Source: a virus (taxonomy: Duplodnaviria; Caudoviricetes). From it: a stretch of DNA of 64,000 nt. How positions within the stretch are numbered: position 1 is the first letter of the stretch; the number at the start of each line of letters is the position of its first letter. The DNA lies in IMG/VR virus record IMGVR_UViG_3300030330_003356, positions 20,988 through 84,987 of that record; one strand, 5' to 3'. The position numbers and the translations under genes are program-made. Positions 18,885 through 28,875 of this stretch are shown piece after piece. The notes beneath the pieces are model-generated. The model ran no database searches and was not told the DNA's origin. It saw only the letters and a list, made by a program, of their open reading frames with translations.

Positions 18885-21071
18885 ATGGCGACTCCTCAAT
18901 TATCTCCTGGGATACTTGTAAGGGAGGTTGATCTTACCGTAGGAAGAGCTGATAATGTTCTTCAGAACAACGGTGCGATTGCTGGCCCATTTAGTCTGGG
19001 CCCTGTAGCTGAAGCAGTTGACATCACCACCGAAGAAGAACTTATTGAAGTATTCGGACAACCTATCTCTACAGATAGACATTACGAATACTGGATGACT
19101 GCATCCTCTTTCCTGTCATATGGCGGAAGACTTAAAGTCGTCAGAGTTGATGGCTCTAACCTTAACAATGCTAACGCTGGTGTAGGTATTGCATCAACTA
19201 CTCTCAAGATTAAGAATTTTGATGACTATAATGCAAATTATAGTTCAGCAACAGACTTCTATTATGCAGGTAAAAACCCTGGAACTTATCTGAGTGATCT
19301 CAAAGTTGCAACGATTGACGATTTTGGAGATCAAGTCATTGGTATTAACACCACTGATCTGGGTAACCTTGGCGCTACAATTGGTTTTGGTGTTACTTCA
19401 GTTCTGTCAGGTACAGAAGCAGGAGTAGGAACCACTAAGACTATCGATGGACACCTTAAGGCAATCATCACTGGTGTTACCACCGACTCTACTAACGGAA
19501 ATAGCAGCATCGTAGTTAAGATTACCTCTAGAGTATCTGGTGCTGGAACTGAAACTGCTCTTACTTATGTTCAATCTGATCCCAACAGATCTTTTGAACC
19601 TTCAGATACCCTGTTCTTCGTAAACAACTCTGGTATTAATACTGGATCAACAGGAACCGCAGGAACCGTTACCGACTGGTATGATGGACAAACATTAGGA
19701 CTTACTAATGCTACCGTCTTCTGGAAGGAAATCGCTCCCAAACCCGTTTCAAGTCAATATGTGGTTGATAGAAATGGTAAAGGTGATGGAATGCACGTTG
19801 TTGTCATCGATGACAATGGAACAATCACTGGAGTAAAAGGTAATATTATTGAGAAGAATACCTTCATCTCAAAGGCATCTGATACTGTATCTGCACTTGC
19901 ATCTCCTGAAAGAACCTTCTATAAGGATTACCTTGCACAGGGTTCCAAATATCTTTATGCTGGTGGAAATGTTTCTGCTGCTGCAGATGGATTCCATGGA
20001 ACAGAACCAGTTGCAACTGGATTCTCAACTTCCTTCACCCCATTCACAACTGCAGAAGGACTGTTTGGACAAGCGGCACAAGATGTAACCTTCAGTGCTA
20101 TCGGTAATAAGACTTATACTCTTACTAACGGTAAGGACTACAGTGGAACAGACAATAAAGGTATGGCTGCCTCTCTTGGCGATATTACCGCTGGTTATGA
20201 ACTGTTCTCTAACAAAGATGAGATTGAAGTTAACTTCCTCCTGATGGGCCCTGGTTGCACCACTGAGACAGAAACACAAGCGAAAGCACAAAAACTGATT
20301 GCTGTTGCTAATGGCAGAAAAGATTGTGTTGCATGTATCTCACCTGACAGATCAAATGTAGTTGATGTTGCTTCAACCACTGATCAAACAAATAATATCA
20401 TTAGATTCTTCAGCGCACTGTCATCATCTTCATTCGCTGTCTTTGATAGTGGATATAAGTACACGTATGATAGATTTAACAATCAGTTCCGCTACATCCC
20501 AACTAATGGTGATATCGCAGGATTGATGGTTAGAACTGAGATTGATCAGTTCCCCTGGTACTCACCCGCTGGACAACAAAGAGGTGTCCTCAATAATGCG
20601 ATCAAACTCGCATACAACCCCAACAAAGCACAGAGAGATTCGCTGTATGAAGCAAGAGTCAACTCTATCGTAACATTACCTGGAGTTGGAACTGTTCTTT
20701 ACGGTGATAGAACCGGACTGAACTTTGCATCTGCATTCGATAGAATAAATGTTCGTCGTCTCTTCCTTACAGTTGAAAAAGCACTGGAAGGACTTGCTAA
20801 TGATCAACTGTTTGAGTTCAACGATGAGATCACCAGATCTTCCTTTACCAATGCAGTTGAACCTTTCCTTCGCGATGTTCAAGCGAAGAGAGGTTTGATT
20901 GACTTCCGAGTCATCTGTGATAGTTCCAATAACACACCTGATGTTATTGATAATAACGAGTTCAGAGCAGACATCTTCCTGAAGCCCACCAAGTCAATTA
21001 ATTATGTTACCTTGACGTTCGTTGCCACACGAACAGGTGTTGCTTTTGAAGAAGTGACTGGCAGAGTTTGA
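18885..21071 (+). CDS. gp18: Tail sheath protein gp18
   Basis: LSPGILVREVDLT, PWYSPAGQQRG, AFDRINVRRLFL, IDFRVICDSSNNTPDVIDNNEFRADIFLKPTKSINYVTLTFVATRTG. Confidence 0.97.
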   Translation: MATPQLSPGILVREVDLTVGRADNVLQNNGAIAGPFSLGPVAEAVDITTEEELIEVFGQPISTDRHYEYWMTASSFLSYGGRLKVVRVDGSNLNNANAGVGIASTTLKIKNFDDYNANYSSATDFYYAGKNPGTYLSDLKVATIDDFGDQVIGINTTDLGNLGATIGFGVTSVLSGTEAGVGTTKTIDGHLKAIITGVTTDSTNGNSSIVVKITSRVSGAGTETALTYVQSDPNRSFEPSDTLFFVNNSGINTGSTGTAGTVTDWYDGQTLGLTNATVFWKEIAPKPVSSQYVVDRNGKGDGMHVVVIDDNGTITGVKGNIIEKNTFISKASDTVSALASPERTFYKDYLAQGSKYLYAGGNVSAAADGFHGTEPVATGFSTSFTPFTTAEGLFGQAAQDVTFSAIGNKTYTLTNGKDYSGTDNKGMAASLGDITAGYELFSNKDEIEVNFLLMGPGCTTETETQAKAQKLIAVANGRKDCVACISPDRSNVVDVASTTDQTNNIIRFFSALSSSSFAVFDSGYKYTYDRFNNQFRYIPTNGDIAGLMVRTEIDQFPWYSPAGQQRGVLNNAIKLAYNPNKAQRDSLYEARVNSIVTLPGVGTVLYGDRTGLNFASAFDRINVRRLFLTVEKALEGLANDQLFEFNDEITRSSFTNAVEPFLRDVQAKRGLIDFRVICDSSNNTPDVIDNNEFRADIFLKPTKSINYVTLTFVATRTGVAFEEVTGRV

Positions 21072-21105
21072 TTTTAAGATACCATAATCACGGAGGACAC
21101 AACTA

Positions 21106-21765
21106 ATGGCAAACTTAAGAACGATCACTAACTTTAAATCCGCCCTCAGAGGGGGCGGTGCCCGTCCTAATTTATTTGAAGTTGACATCACCGGATGGCC
21201 TGGTGGCGAAAACATGGGTGACTTTGGTAATGATGCTAAGGAAGAATTTCAGTTCCTTTGCAAAGCAGCTGCTCTGCCTTCTTCAAACATCACCCCCATT
21301 GAGATTCCTTTCAGAGGAAGAACTCTGAAAGTTGCTGGTGATAGAACCTTTGATACTTGGACAATCACCATTATCAATGACGAAAACTTCAGACTTAGAA
21401 CTAAGTTTGAACAGTGGATGAATGGCATCAACAAACTTACCGATGGTTCTGGTGCAACTCAACCAGGTTCCTATATGGGTAATGCTGTTGTTCATCAACT
21501 TGGTAGAGGTGCTAATCAAGGAAGAAATTCTACCACTAACTCTGGTGGTGGAGATGGAAGTGGAGGACGTTCAGACATTACTCCCCTGAGAACTTATTAC
21601 TTCAGTGACATTTTCCCAACTGAAGTATCTGAAATTGGACTGTCTTATGATACCACTGATACTATTGAAGAATTCACCGTAACCTTCCAGGTTCAGTACT
21701 GGGTTGCTGGTTCTAACAGCACCAACGGTGGCCCCGCTGATCAACGCAATAGCGTAACCAGATAA
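21106..21765 (+). CDS. gp19: Tail tube protein gp19
   Basis: GGGARPNLFEV, FLCKAAALP, FRGRTLKVAGDRTFDTWTITIINDE, IEEFTVTFQVQYW. Confidence 0.95.
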   Translation: MANLRTITNFKSALRGGGARPNLFEVDITGWPGGENMGDFGNDAKEEFQFLCKAAALPSSNITPIEIPFRGRTLKVAGDRTFDTWTITIINDENFRLRTKFEQWMNGINKLTDGSGATQPGSYMGNAVVHQLGRGANQGRNSTTNSGGGDGSGGRSDITPLRTYYFSDIFPTEVSEIGLSYDTTDTIEEFTVTFQVQYWVAGSNSTNGGPADQRNSVTR

Positions 21766-21768
21766 ATA
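21762..21768 (+). promoter_or_regulatory. Late promoter (ATAAATA) upstream of gp20
   Basis: TAAATA core overlapping the gp19 stop. Confidence 0.55.
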
Positions 21769-21795
21769 GTCCAATAAAAGGACTAATATTAAATC

Positions 21796-23469
21796 ATGGC
21801 TAAGTTATTTGGTTTCTCTATTGAGGATACCGAAAAAACTCCACCCAGTGTGGTTTCCCCCGTTCCTCCTAATAATGAGGACGGGGTTGATCACTATCTG
21901 ACAAGTGGCTTTTTTGGGCAATATGTTGACATTGAAGGAGTCTATAAAACAGAGTTTGATTTAATCAAACGCTATCGTGAAATGGCACTTCATCCAGAAT
22001 GTGATAGTGCCATCGAAGATGTTGTAAACGAAGCAATCGTTGCGGATACTAACGATTCTCCCGTTGAAATTGAACTTTCCAATCTTAATGCTAGTGATGG
22101 CATTAAGAAAAAGATTAGAGAAGAGTTCAAGTATATTCTTGGTTTATTGGATTTTGACAAGAAAGCGCACGAAATCTATAGGAATTGGTACATTGACGGG
22201 CGTCTTTACTATCATAAAGTAATTGATATGAAGAATCCTCATGAGGGGATTCAAGAATTGCGTTATATTGACGCAATGAAAATGCGTTATATTCGCCAAC
22301 AAAAGAAATCAAAGAACGATCAAAATCGTTTAGCGAATATTAATAAGGGTACAGACAATCCCATGGAATATGAATTCCCTGAGATTGAAGAGTATTTCCT
22401 CTATAATCCAAAGAGTTCTTATCCTACTCAAAGTCCAGCAACTGCACAAGGTAATGCAGGAATTAAATTCTCAAAAGATTCAATTACCTATTGTTCATCA
22501 GGACTTGTAGATCGTAATAAGGGATCGACTCTTTCCTATCTCCATAAAGCAATTAAATCACTCAATCAACTTAGAATGATTGAGGATTCACTGGTAATCT
22601 ATAGATTGTCTCGTGCTCCTGAGCGTAGAATTTTCTACATTGATGTTGGTAATCTGCCTAAGGTAAAAGCAGAACAATATCTTCGCGATGTCATGAACAG
22701 ATATCGTAACAAGTTAGTATATAACGCACAAACAGGAGAGATTCGTGATGACAAAAAATTCATGTCAATGCTTGAAGATTTTTGGCTGCCCCGCAGAGAA
22801 GGCGGAAGGGGAACAGAAATCTCAACTCTGCCAGGAGGCCAAAACCTGGGAGAAATCACTGATATTGAGTATTTTAAAAAGAAACTATACAAGTCCCTTA
22901 ATGTTCCTATCTCCAGAATTGAAGGAGATGGTGGGTTTAACCTGGGGAGATCTTCTGAAATCCTGAGAGATGAAGTCAAATTCAGTAAGTTCGTTGGACG
23001 TTTGAGAAAGAGATTCTCAGGAATGTTCAATGATATGCTGAAGACTCAACTTCTTCTCAAGAATGTCATTACTCCCGAAGATTGGGAAGTAATGAGTGAA
23101 CATATTCAATATGACTTCCTTTATGATAATCACTTTGCAGAACTGAAGGAAGCAGAACTGATGAATGAGAGACTTACTCTTGTTCAAACTGCTGAAGCAT
23201 TTGTCGGCAAGTATTATTCTCAAGATTATATCAGAAGAAAAGTTCTTCGTCAGACTGATGAAGAGATTTTGGAACAAGATAAACTAATTGAGAAAGAAAT
23301 AAAGGCAGGTATCATTTCAGATCCAGCAGAAATGCAGATTGATCCTGCAACTGGACAACCAATTCCGGGTGCAGTTGGAGGTGGTGATTTAGGTGCCCCA
23401 GTTATGGAACCTGAAGTTGACGGATCTGCAACTGAAGCTCCAGAATTACCCAAGGGTGGTGAGATATAA
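21796..23469 (+). CDS. gp20: Portal vertex protein gp20
   Basis: YREMALHPECDSAIEDVVNE, WYIDGRLYYHK, MIEDSLVIYRLSRAPERRIFYIDVGNLPK, EDFWLPRREGGRGTEI. Confidence 0.97.
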   Translation: MAKLFGFSIEDTEKTPPSVVSPVPPNNEDGVDHYLTSGFFGQYVDIEGVYKTEFDLIKRYREMALHPECDSAIEDVVNEAIVADTNDSPVEIELSNLNASDGIKKKIREEFKYILGLLDFDKKAHEIYRNWYIDGRLYYHKVIDMKNPHEGIQELRYIDAMKMRYIRQQKKSKNDQNRLANINKGTDNPMEYEFPEIEEYFLYNPKSSYPTQSPATAQGNAGIKFSKDSITYCSSGLVDRNKGSTLSYLHKAIKSLNQLRMIEDSLVIYRLSRAPERRIFYIDVGNLPKVKAEQYLRDVMNRYRNKLVYNAQTGEIRDDKKFMSMLEDFWLPRREGGRGTEISTLPGGQNLGEITDIEYFKKKLYKSLNVPISRIEGDGGFNLGRSSEILRDEVKFSKFVGRLRKRFSGMFNDMLKTQLLLKNVITPEDWEVMSEHIQYDFLYDNHFAELKEAELMNERLTLVQTAEAFVGKYYSQDYIRRKVLRQTDEEILEQDKLIEKEIKAGIISDPAEMQIDPATGQPIPGAVGGGDLGAPVMEPEVDGSATEAPELPKGGEI

Positions 23470-23472
23470 ATA
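23465..23472 (+). promoter_or_regulatory. Late promoter, perfect TATAAATA
   Basis: Exact T4 gp55 consensus overlapping the gp20 stop. Confidence 0.75.
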
Positions 23473-23497
23473 AATCATAGTAAATATTGACTAAAAC

Positions 23498-23737
23498 ATG
23501 GACGAACTTATGGATATGATGGTATCCGATGAGTCCCCGTCGCAAATTAGCGATAGGATCAAGGAGATACTGTTTGGAAAAGCTGCTGAAAGGATCGATG
23601 CATTTCGTCCCATGGTAGCAAATGGAGTATTTGGTGAGGATGATATTGAAGTTGAGGATGGAGAAGAGGAAACTCTTGAAGTCACTGACGAATTAGAAAC
23701 TGAAACCGAAGACGAAACCGAAGAGGAGTCTGAATAA
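23498..23737 (+). CDS. Acidic prohead core protein, positional gp67 analogue
   Basis: 79 aa, very Glu-rich C-terminus; sits between portal and protease genes as gp67 does in T4. Confidence 0.55.
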   Translation: MDELMDMMVSDESPSQISDRIKEILFGKAAERIDAFRPMVANGVFGEDDIEVEDGEEETLEVTDELETETEDETEEESE

Positions 23738-24297
23738 TGGCACATCGTACAGTTGGTGCTGGACAAAGTATAACTACAAGTGGTAGTTCTGCTAAAAGTG
23801 ATGCAATTGCTGTAAAATCTAGCGTTTTAAGAATTACCGCCAGAGATGAGGATGCACATATTGCTATTGGCACAGAACCAACAGCAACAGTGACAGATTA
23901 TATTATTCTTGCCGGAACTAGTGAAACTTTGGGTGTTACTAAAGCATCTCAGAGAGTTAGAACTATTGAAAGTTCAGGCACAAAAACAATTGTCACTTGT
24001 CCCGAAGGCACTCAACAACCATTTGCCGTAGGAGACTGTGTTACTCTCGAAGCAAGTAATGCAGATAGTAACTGGACAACAGTTATTAGTCATGTCGGTG
24101 TTGATAGCGTTGATTCAAGTGCAGATTTTAGTGGTTCTTTTAGCACTAAGGTAACTCTAAGTGCTGATACAAGTGGCATTTCTACAGATTTTGTTAGTAG
24201 TGACGCTACCCTTCGTAAATCGATCAAAGTAGGTGCTGTTGCTACTGGCGCTGGATCTATTTTCGTTCAACAAGTACAAATAACCGGAGTTGCCTGA
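23737..24297 (+). CDS. Hypothetical beta-rich protein, 186 aa, in the head module
   Basis: Stop/start overlaps on both sides; Ser/Thr/Val/Ala-rich composition. Confidence 0.65.
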   Translation: MAHRTVGAGQSITTSGSSAKSDAIAVKSSVLRITARDEDAHIAIGTEPTATVTDYIILAGTSETLGVTKASQRVRTIESSGTKTIVTCPEGTQQPFAVGDCVTLEASNADSNWTTVISHVGVDSVDSSADFSGSFSTKVTLSADTSGISTDFVSSDATLRKSIKVGAVATGAGSIFVQQVQITGVA

Positions 24298-24947
24298 TGA
24301 AACTTATCAGAGAGGAAATCGAATCCGTCGAATTCATTGTCGAATCGAAAGGCGGTAAAAAACAACTTTATATTGAAGGTGTATTCCTTCAAGGAAACAT
24401 TAAAAACCGTAATGGTAGAATGTATCCTATGGAGACACTTCGCCGTGAAGTTGGTAGATATAACGAAAACCATGTTCAGGCAGGTAGAGCACTTGGTGAA
24501 CTTGGACACCCTGACGGCCCTACCGTTAACTTAGATCGTGTATCTCACAAGATTGTTTCTCTGAGAGAGTCTGGTTCTAACTTTATTGGTAAAGCGAAGA
24601 TCCTAAACACTCCCATGGGTAAGATTGCAGGATCTCTCATTGATGAGGGCGTCAAACTTGGTGTTTCTTCTAGGGGTATCGGTTCATTAAAGATGACACG
24701 CGAAGGTGTCAATGTTGTTGGTGATGATTTTATGTTAGCAACTGCTGCTGATATTGTTGCCGATCCTTCTGCTCCTGATGCATTTGTTGAGGGTATTATG
24801 GAAGGAAAAGACTGGGTATGGGATGGTGGTATTCTTCGTGAAAAATTTGCGGAGAAAACATATAGAGAGATTAACACTCTCGCTACTCAAAAGCAACTTG
24901 ACGAGAAGAAGTTGGATTTATTCAACGATTTTCTCAATAACCTTTGA
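24297..24947 (+). CDS. gp21: Prohead protease gp21
   Basis: YIEGVFLQGNIKNRNGRMY, RALGELGHP (catalytic His), GVKLGVSSRG (catalytic Ser), DIVADPSAPDAF. Confidence 0.96.
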   Translation: MKLIREEIESVEFIVESKGGKKQLYIEGVFLQGNIKNRNGRMYPMETLRREVGRYNENHVQAGRALGELGHPDGPTVNLDRVSHKIVSLRESGSNFIGKAKILNTPMGKIAGSLIDEGVKLGVSSRGIGSLKMTREGVNVVGDDFMLATAADIVADPSAPDAFVEGIMEGKDWVWDGGILREKFAEKTYREINTLATQKQLDEKKLDLFNDFLNNL

Positions 24948-24969
24948 TAACTGATAAAGTTTTCTAATT

Positions 24970-24977
24970 TATAAATA
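24970..24977 (+). promoter_or_regulatory. Late promoter, perfect TATAAATA, upstream of gp22
   Basis: Exact consensus in the intergenic region. Confidence 0.8.
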
Positions 24978-25015
24978 AATATAGTTTTTAAAAAAACGGA
25001 TACGGAGCTGTTCAA

Positions 25016-26110
25016 ATGTCTCGTGGCAAAAATTTACAAGAAATGGAAGTAAAGACACAGCAGTCCAAAACTGCTGCTAATGCTAACGCCAAACCTGGCG
25101 ATCCCATGCCCTCTCTGTCTGGAACAACTCCTGGACAGACTGGTTCTTACGAAGATCTCGGCGGGCCTACCCCTGAGAACTACAAAACCGATGATGATTC
25201 AGCAAAGCTGAAGACTCCCGGTAGCACTCTTAAGCAAGTTAAGGATGTAGTTAACAAGAAGGCAAAACCTGGTGATCCTGCACCTGCAGGCATGAAGGAA
25301 GAAGAAGTCGAAATCGAGGAACCCGTGATCGAAGAGGAAACCACAGACGAAGTAGTTGCTGAAGAAGAAACTACTGAAACCGTCGAGTACAACGTTGAAG
25401 AGGATGTTAACGCACTCCTCGGCGGCGAAGAACTCTCCGAAGAATTCAAAGAGAAAGCAAAGACAATCTTTGAAGCCGCAATCAATGCTAAGGTTGCTTC
25501 TATTCAAGAAGAAATCGAAGCACAATATGCTGCCAAGCTCGCTGAAGAAGTTGAGGCAGCGAAAGAATCACTCGCAGAGCGTGTTGATTCTTATCTTGAG
25601 TATGTCTCTGACGAGTGGTTTGAAGAAAACGCACTTGCCATTGAGGCAGGCCTCAAGACTGAAATGACTGAATCATTCCTTGAAGGAATGAAGGGCCTTT
25701 TTGAAGAACATTATGTATCAATCCCTGAAGAAAAATATGATGTGCTTGAGAGCATGGTAGAAAAACTTGATGATATGGAGACAAAACTCAACGAGCAAAT
25801 CGAGAAAAATATTGCTCTGAACGGCAGACTCGCTGAGTCTGTTGCAGACGGTATCCTTGATGACGTTTCTGAAGGACTTGCGTCCACTCAGAAGGAGAAG
25901 CTCGCCTCACTTTCCGAAAGTGTAGAGTTTGAAAGTGAAGAATCTTATCGTGAAAAGCTGGAGACGCTGAAGGAATCTTATTTCCCTAAGAACGCTGCTC
26001 CCGTCGCTAAAACTGAAACCCTGTCTGAAGGCGAAACTCATAACCATCAGCAGTATTCTGATCAAATGAGTGCTTATCTCAGATCCCTGGGAACTTTTAG
26101 CAAATCCTGA
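25016..26110 (+). CDS. gp22: Prohead core scaffolding protein gp22
   Basis: Acidic coiled coil; ELSEEFKEKAKTIFEAA, VDSYLEYVSDEW, GLFEEHYVSIPEEK. Confidence 0.92.
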   Translation: MSRGKNLQEMEVKTQQSKTAANANAKPGDPMPSLSGTTPGQTGSYEDLGGPTPENYKTDDDSAKLKTPGSTLKQVKDVVNKKAKPGDPAPAGMKEEEVEIEEPVIEEETTDEVVAEEETTETVEYNVEEDVNALLGGEELSEEFKEKAKTIFEAAINAKVASIQEEIEAQYAAKLAEEVEAAKESLAERVDSYLEYVSDEWFEENALAIEAGLKTEMTESFLEGMKGLFEEHYVSIPEEKYDVLESMVEKLDDMETKLNEQIEKNIALNGRLAESVADGILDDVSEGLASTQKEKLASLSESVEFESEESYREKLETLKESYFPKNAAPVAKTETLSEGETHNHQQYSDQMSAYLRSLGTFSKS

Positions 26111-26155
26111 ATTCAATATTAAACAAACACTAAACTTTTAAATAGGTAACCCGCA

Positions 26156-27541
26156 ATGTTCCAATCCGAACAGCTGCAGGAGAAGTGGGCACCCCTTCTT
26201 GAGTACGATGGACTTGAGTCTATCAAAGATCCTCATAGAAAGGCTGTAACCGCTGTCCTGCTCGAAAACCAAGAAAAATTCCTGAAGGAGTCTTCCTCCT
26301 TTGAGACTGGTGGATCCCTCCTGAGTGAGGCTGCTCCTACCAACTCAACCGGTTCTAGCGTAGACAACTTCGATCCCGTTCTGATCTCCCTGATCAGACG
26401 CTCCATGCCTAACCTGATCGCTTACGATCTGGCTGGCGTTCAACCCATGAGCGGCCCCACTGGACTCATCTTCGCGATGCGTTCCCGCTATCAGAACCAG
26501 ACTGGAACCGAAGCGTTCTACAACGAGCCTGATTCTGCATTCTCCGGACAGAACTTCGGACGCAACCTGGAAGGTGGCTTCTCCGATGGTACTGCTGGTA
26601 TGGGTACTACCAGTCAGTCTGGTACTAATCCCTCCGTCCTGAACCCTGTTGGTTCTGCCAACTCCAACGCATATAACCTTGGACAAGGTATGCAGACTTC
26701 CGATGCTGAGGCACTCGGAGATGCTGCTGCTAATGCCTTCAACCAGATGGCATTCAGCATTGAGAAGGTAACCGTTACTGCTAAGTCACGCGCCCTCAAA
26801 GCTGAGTACTCCCTGGAACTGGCACAGGATCTGAAAGCAATCCACGGTTTAAACGCCGAGGCTGAACTCGCCAACATCCTCTCTACTGAGATTCTGGCTG
26901 AGATCAACCGCGAAGTTATCCGTACTATCTACAAGGTTGCTGAGCAAGGTGCTGTTCAGAACACCGCTACCGCTGGTGAGTTCGATCTCGACATCGACTC
27001 CAACGGACGCTGGAGTGTTGAGAAGTTCAAGGGACTGCTGTTCCAGATCGAAAGAGACGCTAACGCGATTGCACAAAGAACTCGTAGAGGAAAGGGCAAC
27101 ACGATCCTTTGCTCTGCTGACGTTGCTTCTGCTCTCACTATGGCTGGTGTACTTGACTACACCCCCGCTCTGAACGCTAACCTGAACGTTGATGACACCG
27201 GTAACACCTTCGCTGGTGTTCTGCAAGGTAAGTATCGTGTATACATCGATCCTTATGCTGCTAACCTGACTTCAGGTAACGCAACCCCCGGTAACCAGTA
27301 TTACGTTGTCGGTTATAAGGGTTCTTCCCCCTATGACGCTGGACTGTTCTACTGCCCCTACGTTCCCCTGCAAATGGTTCGCGCCGTTGGAGAGGACACC
27401 TTCCAACCCAAGATTGGCTTCAAGACTCGCTACGGAATGGTAGCGAACCCCTTCGCTGAAGGAACCGAAGCACAACTGGGTGCCCTGAACGTTAATCAGA
27501 ACCGTTACTACAGACGTGTTGCTGTTAAGAACCTGATGTGA
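26156..27541 (+). CDS. gp23: Major capsid protein gp23
   Basis: LISLIRRSMPNLIAYDLAGVQPMSGPTGLIFAMR, SRALKAEYSLELAQDLKAIHG, FYCPYVPLQM, FQPKIGFKTRYG; likely maturation site LLSE|AAPTN. Confidence 0.98.
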   Translation: MFQSEQLQEKWAPLLEYDGLESIKDPHRKAVTAVLLENQEKFLKESSSFETGGSLLSEAAPTNSTGSSVDNFDPVLISLIRRSMPNLIAYDLAGVQPMSGPTGLIFAMRSRYQNQTGTEAFYNEPDSAFSGQNFGRNLEGGFSDGTAGMGTTSQSGTNPSVLNPVGSANSNAYNLGQGMQTSDAEALGDAAANAFNQMAFSIEKVTVTAKSRALKAEYSLELAQDLKAIHGLNAEAELANILSTEILAEINREVIRTIYKVAEQGAVQNTATAGEFDLDIDSNGRWSVEKFKGLLFQIERDANAIAQRTRRGKGNTILCSADVASALTMAGVLDYTPALNANLNVDDTGNTFAGVLQGKYRVYIDPYAANLTSGNATPGNQYYVVGYKGSSPYDAGLFYCPYVPLQMVRAVGEDTFQPKIGFKTRYGMVANPFAEGTEAQLGALNVNQNRYYRRVAVKNLM

Positions 27542-27573
27542 TATAATTTTCACATCCGTGTGAAGGAAGTGCT

Positions 27574-27600
27574 GGGGAACCGAAAGGTTCCCCTTTTTTT
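27574..27600 (+). terminator. Intrinsic terminator after gp23
   Basis: GGGGAACC-GAAA-GGTTCCCC followed by T7. Confidence 0.92.
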
Positions 27601-27602
27601 AT

Positions 27603-27609
27603 CTAAATA
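27603..27609 (+). promoter_or_regulatory. Late promoter (CTAAATA) upstream of gp3
   Basis: TAAATA core directly after the gp23 terminator. Confidence 0.6.
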
Positions 27610-27620
27610 CTTAGAAAACG

Positions 27621-28184
27621 ATGTCTTACGGCAATCCTTTTGAGAGACAGATAAGTAATAGGAATTTCTTATCTCCCACTGGTTTTAAGTTTACATTGCA
27701 GAGAGCACCTAAAGTTGCTTTCTTTGGCAACTCAGCGAACTTGCCTGCTATCTCTATGGGAACTGCCATTCAACCAACATATCTAAAGGATATTGATCGT
27801 CCTGGTGATAAAGTTGATTTCGGTGATTTTAATTATAGATTTCTTGTAGATGAAAACTTAGAAAACTATCTTGAGATCTATAATTGGATTAGAGGATTAG
27901 GATATCCCGAAAGTTTAAGTGAAATATATGATTGGCAAGGTGGTGTTGAGAATTTTCTACAACCAGCCAATTCAGAACTAAATTTATTCTCTGATGCTAC
28001 ACTGCAGGTTTTAACTAGCAAAGAGAATCCAAACTTCAAAGTAATGTTTCAAGACATGTTCCCGATAGAACTGTCTACACTGAATTTTGATGCGACAAGT
28101 GAAGACGTACAGTACTTTACAGCAGATGTCACTTTCAAGTATACTATCTACAATATAACTGACTTGTCTGGCAACAAATTATGA
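27621..28184 (+). CDS. gp3: Tail tube terminator / completion protein gp3
   Basis: NRNFLSPTGFKF, FLVDENLENYLEIYNWI, FQDMFPIELSTLNFD, YFTADVTFKY. Confidence 0.88.
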   Translation: MSYGNPFERQISNRNFLSPTGFKFTLQRAPKVAFFGNSANLPAISMGTAIQPTYLKDIDRPGDKVDFGDFNYRFLVDENLENYLEIYNWIRGLGYPESLSEIYDWQGGVENFLQPANSELNLFSDATLQVLTSKENPNFKVMFQDMFPIELSTLNFDATSEDVQYFTADVTFKYTIYNITDLSGNKL

Positions 28185-28618
28185 GTCTTGATCTTGAATC
28201 GATTCAAGAGATGTGGAAAAAAGATTCTGACATTGACAGAGACAACTTACACGAAGAGTCTTTGAAAATTCCATCTCTACATGCAAAATACTTTGAACTA
28301 TATAATACCATATTTCTTCTGAGGAAGAAAGCAGAACAACAAAAAAAGAATATAAGGCACGAAAGATATGAGTATTATTCTGGTAAAGCAGATCCCGACG
28401 TTTATATTGAAAATCCGTTTCCCAAAAAGATCCGAGATAAAGACACTATGCAAAAATATCTGGATGCAGATGAGAGACTCTCAGGAGTTTCGTTGAAGAT
28501 TGATTATTACGATACTATGCTTGTTTATATTGAGAGTATACTGAAGCAAGTAAGTAATCGAACTTATCACATCAAAAACGCAATAGAGTTCATGAGATTT
28601 AACGCGGGGTTAGGGTAA
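28181..28618 (+). CDS. uvsY: Recombination mediator UvsY
   Basis: SLKIPSLHAKY, RYEYYSGKA, KYLDADERL, RTYHIKNAIEF. Confidence 0.9.
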   Translation: MSLDLESIQEMWKKDSDIDRDNLHEESLKIPSLHAKYFELYNTIFLLRKKAEQQKKNIRHERYEYYSGKADPDVYIENPFPKKIRDKDTMQKYLDADERLSGVSLKIDYYDTMLVYIESILKQVSNRTYHIKNAIEFMRFNAGLG

Positions 28619-28845
28619 TGCAAGACTGGGATGATTGGACTTATGAAGATGAGGACTTTGATCCAGACAAAACTTACATAGAGTTGCAGTTTGGCCCCCA
28701 AGATCTTTATCTACTTTATAAATCAGTTTCCTTTCATGTTGAAAAATGGGCTGGAGGAAATCCAGAAGAACAAGAAAGAATTCAATATTTAAAAAACTTT
28801 TTGTATAGAATTGTTCTTGAATACAAGTTCAAAAACGAATCATAA
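28618..28845 (+). CDS. Hypothetical protein, 75 aa
   Basis: Start overlaps the uvsY stop; fills the gap to uvsW. Confidence 0.65.
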   Translation: MQDWDDWTYEDEDFDPDKTYIELQFGPQDLYLLYKSVSFHVEKWAGGNPEEQERIQYLKNFLYRIVLEYKFKNES

Positions 28846-28875
28846 ATATTCACAGGTGATTAATCCCTGTGAATA
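28842..28875 (+). promoter_or_regulatory. Late promoter plus hairpin masking the uvsW SD and GTG start
   Basis: ATAAATA at 28842-28848; 10-bp stem TATTCACAGG (28847-28856) / CCTGTGAATA (28866-28875). Confidence 0.7.

Noticed and set aside
21500-21580. Gly/Ser/Asn-rich insert in gp19 (GRGANQGRNSTTNSGGGDGSGGRS)
   Set aside because: Short flexible loop at a position I expect to be variable; no sign of a separate function.
23737-24297. gp68 call by position
   Set aside because: The sequence is beta-rich and Ser/Thr/Val-rich, unlike a charged helical core protein; position alone is insufficient.
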